Assembly: GCA_037834085.1 (NCBI GenBank)
Contig: JBBMKC010053593.1
Span: forward strand, 1-39,541
Reading direction: 5' to 3'
DNA from: Bipalium vagum
Lineage: Eukaryota
DNA length: 39,541 bases
In this document: piece after piece, positions 37,331-39,541 of the stretch
Layout: every line of letters starts with the position of its first letter
How positions within the stretch are numbered: position 1 is the stretch's first letter
The notes under the pieces: model-generated
What the model saw: the letters and a program-made list of their open reading frames with translations, nothing else
What the model was told of the DNA's origin: nothing
Database searches by the model: none
Made by a program: the position numbers and the translations under genes

Positions 37331-39541
37331 TGTATAAGCTGTGTGAGTGCTCTACCACGATTCAACAATGCTGGGTAACGAGTGCTCAATTTTTAAACTA
37401 ACCTTCAATATGGAGGCAGAAAACATGATAATCAATCATTAAATAATTAGATTAATTAGATCGCGTATATTTTCATAAAAAATAAAATAATATGATCTCT
37501 AAAATTATTGGAATATTGAAAGTATTTTATTAATGTAAAAATCTTTTTAAAGTTCACATTTCTCTATTAAATGGGACATAAGATTAATTTCGGTTAATAT
37601 AAATATACTTTTTACTTCAATATTTTGACAGTAATTTATTAAATTTAATTAGACAAATAAGAAATAAATTAATATTCTAAGGAGGTTTTGACAAACACGC
37701 TAAAATAACAATCGATAATATAGATTTATGAATCTGAACTGACTATAAATCCTGTTTGGGAAAAGTCGAGATCACAATGAAAGAGAGATGGGATTTCAAG
37801 ATTCTTCCTATGAAGACCATGTTTTCCATGAAGTTAGTGAGAATCCTTTTAAAAAAAAATAAACCATTAAAAATAATTCATTAATTGGAATGCTATTAAT
37901 TAAAATTAATTAATTTTGATTAATAATTCGGAAACATTATTTTGGAAGGGAAGGAGGATAGCAGTTGATTTTGTTTTAAACATTGATTTTATATCATGTC
38001 TTAAGAAAAGTCTACACCAAAATAAAAAATATTGAATGAAAATTATGTTTATTTATTTATTTATTTTTTAATCAATTTTCACAATTTTTTATTTTAAGAT
38101 TTTGAATATTTGATTAAAAAAATTAATTCAAAATATTAAAAGAGATTTTAAAATGATTTCAATTTTTTTTGAAAAAATATTATTTATTTATTTAATATTT
38201 TCTAATACAACTTTCACCAATTTGGGATTTCTGGTAAAAAACATCTTAAAATAAATAAATGAAAATTTTATACGTGTTAATTAAGAATAAAATAATGATT
38301 TTTAAAACAATTTGCAATTATAAATTTAATTTGTTATGCAACAGAAAAATTATGAATAAATTAATTAAAATAAAAAGTCAAAATTAACTGTTTCAAAATT
38401 ACAAAAATACTGATTCCTGTTTTGGTAATAAAAATTATTAGTTTTATAAATAAATTGTCATTTTTAATTAAATTTCTTTAATTAATTGCAATTTTCTTTT
38501 TCGTTTTACAATCTGGGGGGGGGGGCTGTAAACGTGCCCTACCAGTCTGAAATTTAATGTATAATATTTAAAATATACATTTATCATTTATAGAAAATCT
38601 ATTTTACCCATGAGTTAAATCTTTTATACAAAATTTTTATATATTTCTAAATAATAATTTTCATACACCTGTAAAATATCGAAAACGAAAAAAAATAAAT
38701 TTAATAAAAAAAAGAATATTTAAAAAATATTTTTATTTCAATATAATATAAATAAATAAATAAAAATTCAATTTTATAAATAACCGAAATGAATAAAAAT
38801 GTTTAGAATTTATAAATGTTATTATTCATCTGATAATTTTTTATCTTTTATTTTTTCACATGATAATGTGGGATAAATTGTTGGTGAAATATCAAGCAAA
38901 AAAGTTTAAGCAAATAAATACATTTTCATAAAAAGAAATTCAACAAAAAATGTTTGTTCATAATTCTCTTTTTAAATAATTAAATTAATGCAAAATAATT
39001 GACAAATTAAAAAAAAGGTAATGGATAAGTAATTAATTTTATTTTTTTTTAATAAAACCAGATTTAATTAATATTCTCAAGAGATCAGTTATTCAAATTT
39101 TTATTATTAATCTTTTAATATTGAATCAAGGGACACCGTTTTGTTAGAAAATGTATCAGACAAAAATTCCAGCAAATAAATATAAATAAATAAATAATGT
39201 CTTTGCATTTTAATCAAATTTAAAAGTTCCACAGATTCATTCGGTGCGGAACTCCGCTGAGAATGAGTAATATTTAGGGCAAATATTAACTTTATTAAGC
39301 AAATATATTAAATAATTTTCCACTTAATGTTTTTCTTGTTCTTCTTCTATTATGATATGATTAATTTTCGTTGCATAGCAACAAAAATATTATTTTAATA
39401 GTTGATCTTAATTATTAACAGTTATAGGCTATTTTTCAATAGGCCATTTATCATATATATAAAATTAAAATCGATGTCTCCACAAATATATAAACTCCAG
39501 ATGCAGATGGAGAAATAATAAATTTATATATAATGTAGTAT

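Noticed and set aside
1-39541. CRISPR arrays, tRNA/rRNA genes, prokaryotic operons
   Set aside because: None seen; the sequence is intron-containing eukaryotic DNA and has no regular repeat-spacer structure.

Overview
Very AT-rich eukaryotic genomic DNA with short GT-AG introns, many AAT/TTA microsatellites and many Tc1/mariner relics. This is consistent with an invertebrate such as a triclad flatworm, but that is inference only. Host genes: (1) an apparently intronless COP9 signalosome subunit 8 gene (1814-2350, minus). (2) The last three exons of a radial spoke head 14 (RSPH14/RTDR1) gene (5730-6084, minus); I could not find its upstream exons in the window. (3) A multi-exon AUTS2/FBRSL1/tay-family gene on the plus strand (16303-25055; six exons joining in phase; WCDMHVKIAY motif), apparently lying antisense inside an RSPH14 intron. 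The most unusual signal is a set of decayed, less AT-rich patches. By eye, they translate into different and largely non-overlapping parts of a rhabdovirus-like (Mononegavirales) L polymerase: RdRp premotif A/motif A, CR IV, the PRNTase capping domain, the connector, the methyltransferase and possibly CR II. They are scattered in mixed orientation over about 30 kb. These viral calls rest on remembered VSV L motifs, not a database search, and need tBLASTn/HMM confirmation. Also present: several mariner/Tc1/pogo fragments and MITEs, a long inverted repeat and a 133-N assembly gap.
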